DNA from: Desulfuromonadales bacterium
Lineage (GTDB): Bacteria > Desulfobacterota > Desulfuromonadia > Desulfuromonadales > SZUA-540
Reading direction: 5' to 3'
Assembly (NCBI GenBank): GCA_033549025.1
Contig: JAWSUS010000002.1
Span: 160,001 to 224,000 of the forward strand
DNA: 64,000 bases
Shown: piece by piece, positions 11,759 through 19,568 of the stretch
How the letters are laid out: every line of letters begins with the position of its first letter
How positions within the stretch are numbered: position 1 is the stretch's first letter
Made by a program: the position numbers and the translations under genes
The notes under the pieces: model-generated
Told to the model about the DNA's origin: nothing
The model's database searches: none
The model's input: the letters and a program-made list of their open reading frames with translations, nothing else

Positions 11759-12535
11759 ATGCGCCGTGCCCGCCGCTTAGCCTTCAGGCGCCTGAGGCCA
11801 CTCCTGGCGGGCTTCAGGCGAGAAATCGGCGGGTTGATCGACTGCTTCCTGCCGGTCAACTGCGCTTTTTGCAACACGCCCCTCGCCAGCTCAGCCCAAC
11901 CGGCCATCTGCTCAACCTGCCAACGCACCCTGGCTGAGAACAGACCGGCCTCCTGCCCGCGTTGCGCCCTGCCCTACCTTGACTACGGAGGCAGCGATCA
12001 TCTGTGCGGGGACTGTCAGCGGCAGCCGCCTCACTACAGAACCGTTTGTGCGCTGGGCGTTTATGAGGGTCCGCTGCGCCAGGCCATTCACCGCTTCAAA
12101 TATCAGAAAGACTTCACCCTCGCCACCCCCTTGGGGCACCTCCTCGCGGCTGCCGTGCGGCAGCGGGGTCTTTTGCATGCCGACCTTATTCTGCCTGTCC
12201 CTCTGCACCCCAGTCGACTTCGCCAGCGAACCTTCAATCAGTCGCTGCTGCTGGCTCGCATCCTCGGCAAGCGGAGCAGCACCCCCGTTGCCGGGAACCT
12301 GCTGCGTCGCCTTCGGCCCACCCCTTCCCAACAGGGCTTGTCCCTGGAGGACCGCCGCCATAACCTCCACCAGGCTTTTGCGCTGCACGCCCCTCTTAAT
12401 GGGGAGTCGGTCCTGCTGGTCGACGACGTCATGACCTCCGGGGCGACAATAGCGGCTTGCACCAAGGCGCTACTGGAAAATGGCGCGCAAACCGTGGATG
12501 TCGCCATTCTGGCTCGCGCCGCCAAAGGCCTGTAA
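11759..12535 (+). CDS. comF: ComF family protein (double zinc ribbon plus PRTase-like domain)
   Basis: Four CxxC pairs, VPLHPSRLRQRTFNQS, LLVDDVMTSGAT. The exact start is uncertain. Confidence 0.88.
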   Translation: MRRARRLAFRRLRPLLAGFRREIGGLIDCFLPVNCAFCNTPLASSAQPAICSTCQRTLAENRPASCPRCALPYLDYGGSDHLCGDCQRQPPHYRTVCALGVYEGPLRQAIHRFKYQKDFTLATPLGHLLAAAVRQRGLLHADLILPVPLHPSRLRQRTFNQSLLLARILGKRSSTPVAGNLLRRLRPTPSQQGLSLEDRRHNLHQAFALHAPLNGESVLLVDDVMTSGATIAACTKALLENGAQTVDVAILARAAKGL

Positions 12536-12554
12536 AACATCGGTGATTTTCTAC

Positions 12555-12590
12555 TTCATGAGAAAAAAGAACTATGTTATAAGAGTTCTT
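12555..12590 (+). promoter_or_regulatory. Candidate sigma70 promoter with an overlapping palindromic operator upstream of the PAS kinase
   Basis: TTCATG-17bp-TATAAG with an extended TG. The inverted repeat AAGAACT-N10-AGTTCTT (12567-12590) brackets the -10 element. Confidence 0.45.
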
Positions 12591-12696
12591 GATTGTTCTA
12601 CTCTTCTTCTGCAGGGCCAGAGACAGCCAAGAAGATCCCTGGCGGCTGGCACAGAAAAACCGCACGACCAGCTAGACCATGACAGAGGAAATCCCT

Positions 12697-14172
12697 ATGC
12701 CCGACCTCCTCAGCACTCTTGGCCTTGAACACGTCCTGCAGACCATTCCCAGCGGCCTTTTTCTGGTCGACCTGAATCGAAATATCGTTTATTGGAACGC
12801 CGAAGCGGAGCGCCTGACCGGCTATGCTGCCTCTGAAATCGTCGGCAAGCCCTGCACAGCGCTGGAAGGCATCGAATGCGACCTGACCTGCGGCCTCTAC
12901 AGTGGTACTCTGCCCAAGCCGATTATCGGGGCACGCTGCACCATCAAAACCCGCAGCGGCGCTCCCTTGATTCTGTGCAAAAACATCGACTACCTCCGGG
13001 ACAAGGATGGCCGCATTGTCGGCGGCATCGAGTCTTTTATCGACCTCAGCAAGCAGGTGGAGCTTGAACAGCAGCTGCGCGAGCAGACGGTCCACCTAGA
13101 AGCCGCTGTGCGCCAGCGTACCCTTGAGCTCGAGAACGAACGAACCCGTCTGGTCACCGCCCTCGACGCCATGACGGACTTCGCCTATATCGCCTCGGCA
13201 GACTACCAGGTACAATTCATGAACAGGGCCATGCGCGAGGTTTTCGATCCCACCGAAGGTCGTCCATGCTATACCACGCTGCATGGACAGCAGCGTCCCT
13301 GCTCAAGCTGTCCTATGCAGAAAGTGCTGGCGGGAGAAACAGTCAAAGAAGAGCGACAGTACGGTAGTGAAGGCCGGACATTTGAAATCATCCACACGCC
13401 ACTGATCACCGCGGATGGCACCACCCAAAAAATGGCGGTTTTTCGTGATATCACCGAGCGCAAGGGGGCCGAAGAGAAACTTCGCCATGCCAATCGAGAA
13501 CTTGATGCCTTTGTCTATACCGTCTCCCACGATCTGAAAACGCCTCTGACGCCCATTCTCGGCTATGCCGAATTTCTCCGCGACGAATATGCCGGCAAAC
13601 TCGACGAGCGGGCCCTGGATATTTTAGCGGAGATCGAAGGGCAAGGTCGCAAGATGCTGGCCCTGATGGAAGATATTCTCGCTCTGGCCAGGCTGGGCAA
13701 GGTCGAACTTCCATCTGTTCCCGTCGACCTCAACCGGGTCGTGGGAGATATTCTTGGCGATTATCAGGCTCTGCGGCAAGAAATGAAGGTGGATATTCAG
13801 CGTGACTCCCTTCCCGCCCTTCGTTTTCCCGAAACCCTGCTATCCTCCCTCTTTTCCAATCTCATCGGTAACGCCCTGCGCTACGGCGCCAAGCCTGGCG
13901 GCTCCATCGAGATTGGCTCCCTCTGTGAAGGCGGCACCTATCGCATTTTCGTGCGCGATCACGGTCCGGGACTTGATGATGAAGACAAGGCGCACATCTT
14001 CGATCTCTTTTACCGCTCCCGAACTACCCGCAACAGACCCGGCACCGGGGTGGGTCTGAGTACGGCCAAAAAGATCATGAACCTTTATGAAGGCCAGATC
14101 CGTGTAGAAGACACGCCGGGCGGAGGCTGCACTTTCTGGCTAGACTTCCCCGCTTCCGACGATTCTGTTTAA
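12697..14172 (+). CDS. Cytoplasmic PAS-PAS sensor histidine kinase
   Basis: Two PAS-like domains, H-box SHDLKTPL, N-box NLIGNALRY, DHGPG, GTGVGL. No TM segments. GAGG RBS before ATG 12697 (alternative start 12679). Confidence 0.9.
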   Translation: MPDLLSTLGLEHVLQTIPSGLFLVDLNRNIVYWNAEAERLTGYAASEIVGKPCTALEGIECDLTCGLYSGTLPKPIIGARCTIKTRSGAPLILCKNIDYLRDKDGRIVGGIESFIDLSKQVELEQQLREQTVHLEAAVRQRTLELENERTRLVTALDAMTDFAYIASADYQVQFMNRAMREVFDPTEGRPCYTTLHGQQRPCSSCPMQKVLAGETVKEERQYGSEGRTFEIIHTPLITADGTTQKMAVFRDITERKGAEEKLRHANRELDAFVYTVSHDLKTPLTPILGYAEFLRDEYAGKLDERALDILAEIEGQGRKMLALMEDILALARLGKVELPSVPVDLNRVVGDILGDYQALRQEMKVDIQRDSLPALRFPETLLSSLFSNLIGNALRYGAKPGGSIEIGSLCEGGTYRIFVRDHGPGLDDEDKAHIFDLFYRSRTTRNRPGTGVGLSTAKKIMNLYEGQIRVEDTPGGGCTFWLDFPASDDSV

Positions 14173-14222
14173 AAGCTCGGTTTCCCCAACCTGTCACTTT
14201 CACTTTTGCCAACAGGATAACT

Positions 14223-14846
14223 ATGGACCGTTTGTTCAAAGGACACATGAAGTTCAGAGAAGAGGACTTCGAAGGTCATCGGCAACTCTTCAAGGAACTC
14301 GGCAGGACCCAGAAGCCCCACACCCTGTTCATCGGCTGCTCCGACTCGCGGGTTGTCCCCAACCTCATTACGCAGACTCACCCCGGCGAACTCTTTATCG
14401 TTCGCAACGTCGCCAATATCGTGCCCCCCTACCGTCAGACCGAAGAATACGTGGCCACCACTTCGGCTATCGAATATGCGGTGCAGGCTCTGGAAGTCGA
14501 CACCATCGTCATCTGCGGCCACTCCAACTGCGGAGGCTGCGCGGCTATGAACCTGCCGCCGGAGAAACTTGACCACCTGCCCCATGTCCGCAAGTGGCTG
14601 GAAGTTTCGAAGGAAGTCAAGGGGCGGGTCGACCGCCTGATGACCGACGACTCCCCCGAGGAACGCGAGTGGCTCACCGAGCAGATCAACATCCTGGTGC
14701 AGATGCGAAACCTGCTGACCTATCCCTATATTGAAGAGAAATATCGCCAAGGCACTTTGAACATCTACGGATGGCACTACATCATCGAAACCGGTGAAAT
14801 CTACAATTTCAACGATGCCAAAGAGGTTTTCGAGCTGGTCAGCTGA
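14223..14846 (+). CDS. Beta-class carbonic anhydrase
   Basis: GCSDSRV, RNVAN and CGHSNCGG zinc ligands. Confidence 0.95.
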   Translation: MDRLFKGHMKFREEDFEGHRQLFKELGRTQKPHTLFIGCSDSRVVPNLITQTHPGELFIVRNVANIVPPYRQTEEYVATTSAIEYAVQALEVDTIVICGHSNCGGCAAMNLPPEKLDHLPHVRKWLEVSKEVKGRVDRLMTDDSPEEREWLTEQINILVQMRNLLTYPYIEEKYRQGTLNIYGWHYIIETGEIYNFNDAKEVFELVS

Positions 14847-14996
14847 CGCCTCCCGGTGGGCCTGCCTTCACAAGCAGGCCCGCCCTCAGCCCGCCCCCCC
14901 TTACCAGCTTCCCGCCCCTATTTGTCCCAAAAATTTCCGCGCCCCCTATAACATGAGAAAGGCGGCGTCCCTTTCCCTTAAATAGTAATTTTTACC

Positions 14997-15024
14997 TTGA
15001 CTATTATCGGGCGAGTGATAGATT
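14997..15024 (+). promoter_or_regulatory. Candidate sigma70 promoter for the 60-aa ORF
   Basis: TTGACT-16bp-TAGATT with a TGn extension and an AT-rich upstream tract. Confidence 0.5.
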
Positions 15025-15069
15025 ACCTGCAGAATTTCACCTCATCTCCCGCCATTACAGGAGGTCCTC

Positions 15070-15252
15070 ATGGAAGACCTGTGGAAGCTGCACACCATGG
15101 AATATCGTCTCACCGACTTGGCCGAAAGAGCCGAATATGAGAAAATCGTCCGGCGCTTTCACCAGGAAGAAGAAAGCAGCCACCGGTCCCAGCTTCTCTA
15201 CGGTCAGGCCAGTCTGCGTCCGGTCACAAAATCGGAATCGGATCAGGACTGA
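15070..15252 (+). CDS. Small hypothetical protein (60 aa)
   Basis: Fills an intergenic gap, has an AGGAGG RBS before the ATG, and has an upstream promoter-like motif. Confidence 0.6.
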   Translation: MEDLWKLHTMEYRLTDLAERAEYEKIVRRFHQEEESSHRSQLLYGQASLRPVTKSESDQD

Positions 15253-15395
15253 ACTTCTTCACCCGCTTTCGTCAAAAATCAGCTTGAGCGCCTATCCTCA
15301 TTAGCAGCGCCAAAATTCTTGCCTGCTCCCGCTTTCCTATGTTAAAAATTGCTCTTCCCTGATTCACCCCCTACACCCTTCGGAGGTTTTCATCT

Positions 15396-16460
15396 ATGGA
15401 GCTGCAAATACTTCCCCTCACCGGGCAGAAGCCCCGCGTTACCGACGAGAGCAAACTGGTCTTTGGAAAGCAGTTCACTGACCGCATGTTCATCATGGAA
15501 TTCGACCGGCCCAAGGGCTGGCATTCGGCGCGCATCGCTCCCTACGCCCCCTTTTCGCTGGACCCGGCCGCTCTGGTTTTGCACTATGCCCAGGAAATCT
15601 TCGAAGGGCTCAAGGCTTTTCGCCGTCCGGACGGCAGCATCGCCCTCTTCAGACCCATGGACAACATCCAGCGCTTCAACCGCAGCGCCCGCCGCATGTG
15701 CATGCCCGAGGTGGACGAGGCTTTCTTCTTCAAAGCCCTGAAAGAACTGATCCGCCTGGAGGCCGACTGGGTTCCCCACAGCGAAGGGACCAGCCTCTAC
15801 ATTCGCCCGACCATGATCGCCACCGAACCGGTGCTTGGCGTCAAACCGGCGGACCAATATTTTTGCTACATCATCCTGTCCCCGGTCGGCGCCTACTACA
15901 AAGGGGGACTCAATCCGGTCAAAATCTGGATTTCCGATGAGTACATCCGGGTTGCCCCGGGCGGCACCGGTGAAGCCAAAACCGGCGGCAACTACGCGGC
16001 CAGCCTCTATGCCTCGACGGAAGCCGGCGCCCAGGGTTTCGATCAGGTACTCTGGCTCGATGCCGTCCACCGCAAGTACGTGGAGGAGGTGGGCAGCATG
16101 AATATCTGCTTCCTTTATGACGGCAAGGTCGTCACTTCCCCCCTCAAAGGCACCATCCTGGACGGCATTACCCGCCGTTCCATCCTCACCCTGATCCGGG
16201 AAATGGGTCTGGAGATTGAAGAACGCGCCCTCTCCGTCGATGAAATCCTTGAGGGCGCCGAGAATGGGCGCCTGCAGGAAGCCTTTGGCACGGGCACCGC
16301 CGCCGTCGTCTCTCCCGTCGGCCAGTTCACCTTCCGTGACCGGACCGTGAGCCTGAGCAATGGTCGCATCGGGGAACTCACCCAGAAACTCTACGATACC
16401 CTGACGGGCATTCAGTATGGCCGCCTCCCTGATTCCCACGGCTGGATCGAAATGATCTGA
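15396..16460 (+). CDS. ilvE: Branched-chain amino acid aminotransferase
   Basis: LHYAQEIFEGLKA, LYIRP, AKTGGNYAAS (PLP lysine), EEVGSMN, ILDGITR, GTAAVV. Confidence 0.96.
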   Translation: MELQILPLTGQKPRVTDESKLVFGKQFTDRMFIMEFDRPKGWHSARIAPYAPFSLDPAALVLHYAQEIFEGLKAFRRPDGSIALFRPMDNIQRFNRSARRMCMPEVDEAFFFKALKELIRLEADWVPHSEGTSLYIRPTMIATEPVLGVKPADQYFCYIILSPVGAYYKGGLNPVKIWISDEYIRVAPGGTGEAKTGGNYAASLYASTEAGAQGFDQVLWLDAVHRKYVEEVGSMNICFLYDGKVVTSPLKGTILDGITRRSILTLIREMGLEIEERALSVDEILEGAENGRLQEAFGTGTAAVVSPVGQFTFRDRTVSLSNGRIGELTQKLYDTLTGIQYGRLPDSHGWIEMI

Positions 16461-16484
16461 ACCCGTCTCAACTCCTTTCGTACC

Positions 16485-16525
16485 AAAAACCTGTTCAGGC
16501 TTCGCGCCTGAACAGGTTTTTTTTT
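16485..16525 (+). terminator. Rho-independent terminator after ilvE
   Basis: AAAAACCTGTTCAGGC-TTCGC-GCCTGAACAGG followed by T9. Confidence 0.9.
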
Positions 16526-16713
16526 GCAGCACCCCCCCCACGCCGCCGCTTGCCCCCTGCCTAACAATTAACCTTCCACTGAGTACAATAGAAGCACACA
16601 AAAAACTCTACACGCAGCAACACGTCCCTCTCTATCTCGCTTATAAACGCAACTCCACTCCTAACAATCTGTTTTTATTCGTCTTTTAATTTTAAAATTT
16701 TAAATTATTTCAT

Positions 16714-16729
16714 GGGCATGTTTATTGCT
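16714..16729 (+). promoter_or_regulatory. sigma54 (-24/-12) promoter of the split glutamate synthase operon
   Basis: GGGCATG-TTTA-TTGCT matches TGGCACG-N4-TTGCW with the exact GG-N10-GC spacing. A very AT-rich tract (~16660-16710) precedes it. Confidence 0.75.
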
Positions 16730-16791
16730 TTTGAGTTGCTTGACAATCCAAGACTCTCTGCCGCCCTTAAACCCTGCCTGGAGGTATCGCC

Positions 16792-17898
16792 ATGTGTCGA
16801 ATCGGCGCCATTAAAAGCCGGAATTATGTCCACCCGAGCCAGGCCTTGCTGCTCATGCAGTCTCAACAGAAAGGCCACGACAACTCGGGTTTCGCCATGG
16901 TCATGCATGATCTTGGCGGCATCTTTGAAGGGTACAAACATCTCCCCACGCTCTCCCTCGCCTGTACCGACGAGGGCCTGAAAATCGCTGAAGACATCCT
17001 GCATGCCGCCGGCTTCCAGCGCGTTCTGCAGTGGGTCCCCGAAACCAATGATCAGCCCGGGCTCGATATCATCACCATGCCCAACTACGTCTTTGAGACC
17101 TTCGACTATCCCAAGCACTACAAAAAAGCGGAGCAGCGGGAAAAGGAGGAACTCCTGCTGGACATGCGCCTGAAAATTCGCCGCGCCCTGGAGAAGGACG
17201 AGACGGGTTTCGTCTATTCCTTCTGGCCCGACGTTCTCACCCTGAAAGAAATCGGCGATCCGCGCGATATCGGCACCTACTTCAACCTGTGGGAAGTGGA
17301 TAAGCGCTTCATGGCGAAGGTCATCACCGCCCAATGCCGACAGAATACCAACTACGACATCGTGCGCTATGCCGCCCACCCCTTCTTTCTGCAGGGCTAT
17401 ACGGCGCTGGCCAACGGCGAGAACACCTTCTACCTGAAAAACGTTGAGTTTCAGCAGAAACTCCACCGAGGTTATATCGGCTTTGAGTCGGACTCCCAGT
17501 GCTTTCTCTACACGCTGCACTACGCCCACCGGGAACTCGGCTGGCCCCTTTCCTACTTCAAGCATGTCATCACCCCACTCCCTTTTGAGGAGATCGAACA
17601 CCGCGACGACAAGGACTCCCTCCTTTCCATCCGTCAGTCTCTCGCCCATCTGGAGATCAACGGCCCCAACACCATCATCGGCGTGCTGCCCGACAACACC
17701 CTCTTCACCTGCTGCGATGCCAAGAAGCTGCGCCCCATCGTGGTCGGCCGTTCCGAGGACATGGTGGTCTTTTCGTCCGAAGTTTGCGGCATCAACGAGA
17801 TTCTGCCCGAACGGGACTGGGAAACGGACATTTATCCCCACGAGCGTGAAATCGTGGCTATTGATGAGAACCTGGAGGTTCACCGATGGAGACAATGA
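16792..17898 (+). CDS. Class-II (Ntn) glutamine amidotransferase subunit of a split glutamate synthase (GltB1/GlxB-like)
   Basis: N-terminal Met-Cys (MCRIG), KGHDNSG, AAHPF, NGE, SDSQ, INGP, D..KLRP, SSEVCGI. Confidence 0.8.
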   Translation: MCRIGAIKSRNYVHPSQALLLMQSQQKGHDNSGFAMVMHDLGGIFEGYKHLPTLSLACTDEGLKIAEDILHAAGFQRVLQWVPETNDQPGLDIITMPNYVFETFDYPKHYKKAEQREKEELLLDMRLKIRRALEKDETGFVYSFWPDVLTLKEIGDPRDIGTYFNLWEVDKRFMAKVITAQCRQNTNYDIVRYAAHPFFLQGYTALANGENTFYLKNVEFQQKLHRGYIGFESDSQCFLYTLHYAHRELGWPLSYFKHVITPLPFEEIEHRDDKDSLLSIRQSLAHLEINGPNTIIGVLPDNTLFTCCDAKKLRPIVVGRSEDMVVFSSEVCGINEILPERDWETDIYPHEREIVAIDENLEVHRWRQ

Positions 17899-19529
17899 GA
17901 ATCCAAGACATCACGCCCAATGACCTGCCCTGGAAAATCCGCTACGACGCCAGTCGCTGCACCTTGTGCGGTTCCTGCGTGGCGGCCTGTTCCTTTCGGG
18001 CCATTGTTCCCAAGGTCGAACGTCGCCGCCTGGTCTTTTCGGAAGGGGATCTACCCGAACCGAAGGCTCGCTTCAGTGCCGTGCCCGTCATCCGTCAGGC
18101 CCACTCCATCAAGAACTACTGCCGCGGCTGCGGCATCTGTGAAAAGGTCTGCCCCAACGACGCCATCGGGCCTTTGCGCAACGTGGACAACCGCCACCCT
18201 ATCGTCACCCGCTGTCTGGGGGGCGATTCCATCAAGCGCGGCGGCCGCAAGAATCTGGAGGGGACCGTCCGTACCCTCGACCGCCTGCGCGTCGGCCGCA
18301 TCTCCCAGATGACCGACCCCAGCCTCGACGCCCAGCGCCACACCTTTGACCTGCTGGCCCCATTCGGTCGCATCATGCCGGCGAACAAGCTCCCCTTTGC
18401 CGTCAATGAGACCGGGCAGCTGGCGGCCTCCGGTCAGACGCCGCCGGTACGCTGGATCTACCCCGTCATCATCGGCGACATGTCCATCGGCGCGCTCTCC
18501 TGGCGCATGTGGGAGGCCGTTGCCATGGCCGTCGCTTATCTCAACGAGGAGTGCGGCCTGCCTGTACGCATGTCCTCGGGCGAAGGCGGCGTGCCGGAGC
18601 GCCTGCTCAAAAGCCGCTACCTCAAGTACATGATCCTGCAGATCGCCTCCGGCCATTTCGGCTGGAACCGTATCGCCAAAACGATGCCGTACATGACCGA
18701 AGACCCGGCCGGCATTCTCATCAAGATCGGCCAGGGAGCCAAGCCCGGTGACGGCGGTCTGCTCATGGCCCAGAAGGTGGCTGAACACATTCAGGCTATT
18801 CGCGGCGTCCCCAAGGCGGACCTGCTCTCGCCTCCCAACCATCAGGGGCTCTACTCCATCGAGGAGAGCGTGCAGAAGATGTTCCTTTCCTTCAATGCCG
18901 CTTTCAAGTTCCGCGTACCGGTCGCCATCAAGGTCGCCGCCTCGGCGACTTCGGTCTCGGTCTTTAACAACCTGGTGCGCGACCCCTACAATATTGTCGG
19001 CGGCTTCTTCCTCGACGGCATCGACGGCGGCACCGGCGCCGCCCATGAGGTCTCCCTCGACCATACCGGCCATCCTATCGTCAGCAAACTGCGGGACTGT
19101 TACCTGGCGGCGGTGGCCCAGGGCCGACAGGGGCAGATTCCCCTGTGGGCGGCCGGAGGACTGGGCAAGACCGGCGACCTGGCCGCCGATGCCTTCAAGA
19201 TGATCTGCCTGGGGGCCAACGGCGTCTTTACCGGCAAACTCATTCTGCAGATGGCCGGCTGCGTCGGCAACGAGATGGGTCGCTGCAACGCCTGTAATAC
19301 AGGCCTGTGTCCCGTCGGCATCACCACGCAGGAGCCGGCTCTGGCCCATCGCCTCGATGTGGAGAGGGCGGCCCAGAACATCGTCAACTACTTCCTGGCC
19401 ATGGATCAGGAGCTGAAAAAGCTCATGGCGCCCATCGGCAACTCGTCTCTGCCCGTCGGACGCGCCGACGCCCTTATTTCCACCGACCGGGCTGTAGCGG
19501 AGCGCTTGCAGATCCAGTACGTTTGCTAG
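17886..19529 (+). CDS. Glutamate synthase FMN-binding subunit with an N-terminal 2x[4Fe-4S] ferredoxin domain (GltB2-like)
   Basis: CTLCGSCVAAC and CRGCGICEKVCP; MSIGALS, SGEGG, IKIGQGAKPGDGG, GGTGAA; [3Fe-4S] region C...CNACNTGLCPVGITTQ. Alternative start 17895. Confidence 0.88.
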   Translation: METMRIQDITPNDLPWKIRYDASRCTLCGSCVAACSFRAIVPKVERRRLVFSEGDLPEPKARFSAVPVIRQAHSIKNYCRGCGICEKVCPNDAIGPLRNVDNRHPIVTRCLGGDSIKRGGRKNLEGTVRTLDRLRVGRISQMTDPSLDAQRHTFDLLAPFGRIMPANKLPFAVNETGQLAASGQTPPVRWIYPVIIGDMSIGALSWRMWEAVAMAVAYLNEECGLPVRMSSGEGGVPERLLKSRYLKYMILQIASGHFGWNRIAKTMPYMTEDPAGILIKIGQGAKPGDGGLLMAQKVAEHIQAIRGVPKADLLSPPNHQGLYSIEESVQKMFLSFNAAFKFRVPVAIKVAASATSVSVFNNLVRDPYNIVGGFFLDGIDGGTGAAHEVSLDHTGHPIVSKLRDCYLAAVAQGRQGQIPLWAAGGLGKTGDLAADAFKMICLGANGVFTGKLILQMAGCVGNEMGRCNACNTGLCPVGITTQEPALAHRLDVERAAQNIVNYFLAMDQELKKLMAPIGNSSLPVGRADALISTDRAVAERLQIQYVC

Positions 19530-19568
19530 GATCGTGAGGCCAAACCTCACTTTTTACGGGAGTTTACC

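Noticed and set aside
12600..12670. GAGACAGCC resembling part of a Geobacter-type cyclic-dinucleotide (GEMM) riboswitch, and TGGCAC resembling a sigma54 site
   Set aside because: The upstream GEMM stem and tetraloop elements are absent, and the GG-to-GC spacing is 12 rather than 10.
18051..19550. 499-aa - strand ORF opposite the glutamate synthase FMN subunit
   Set aside because: Antisense shadow ORF.
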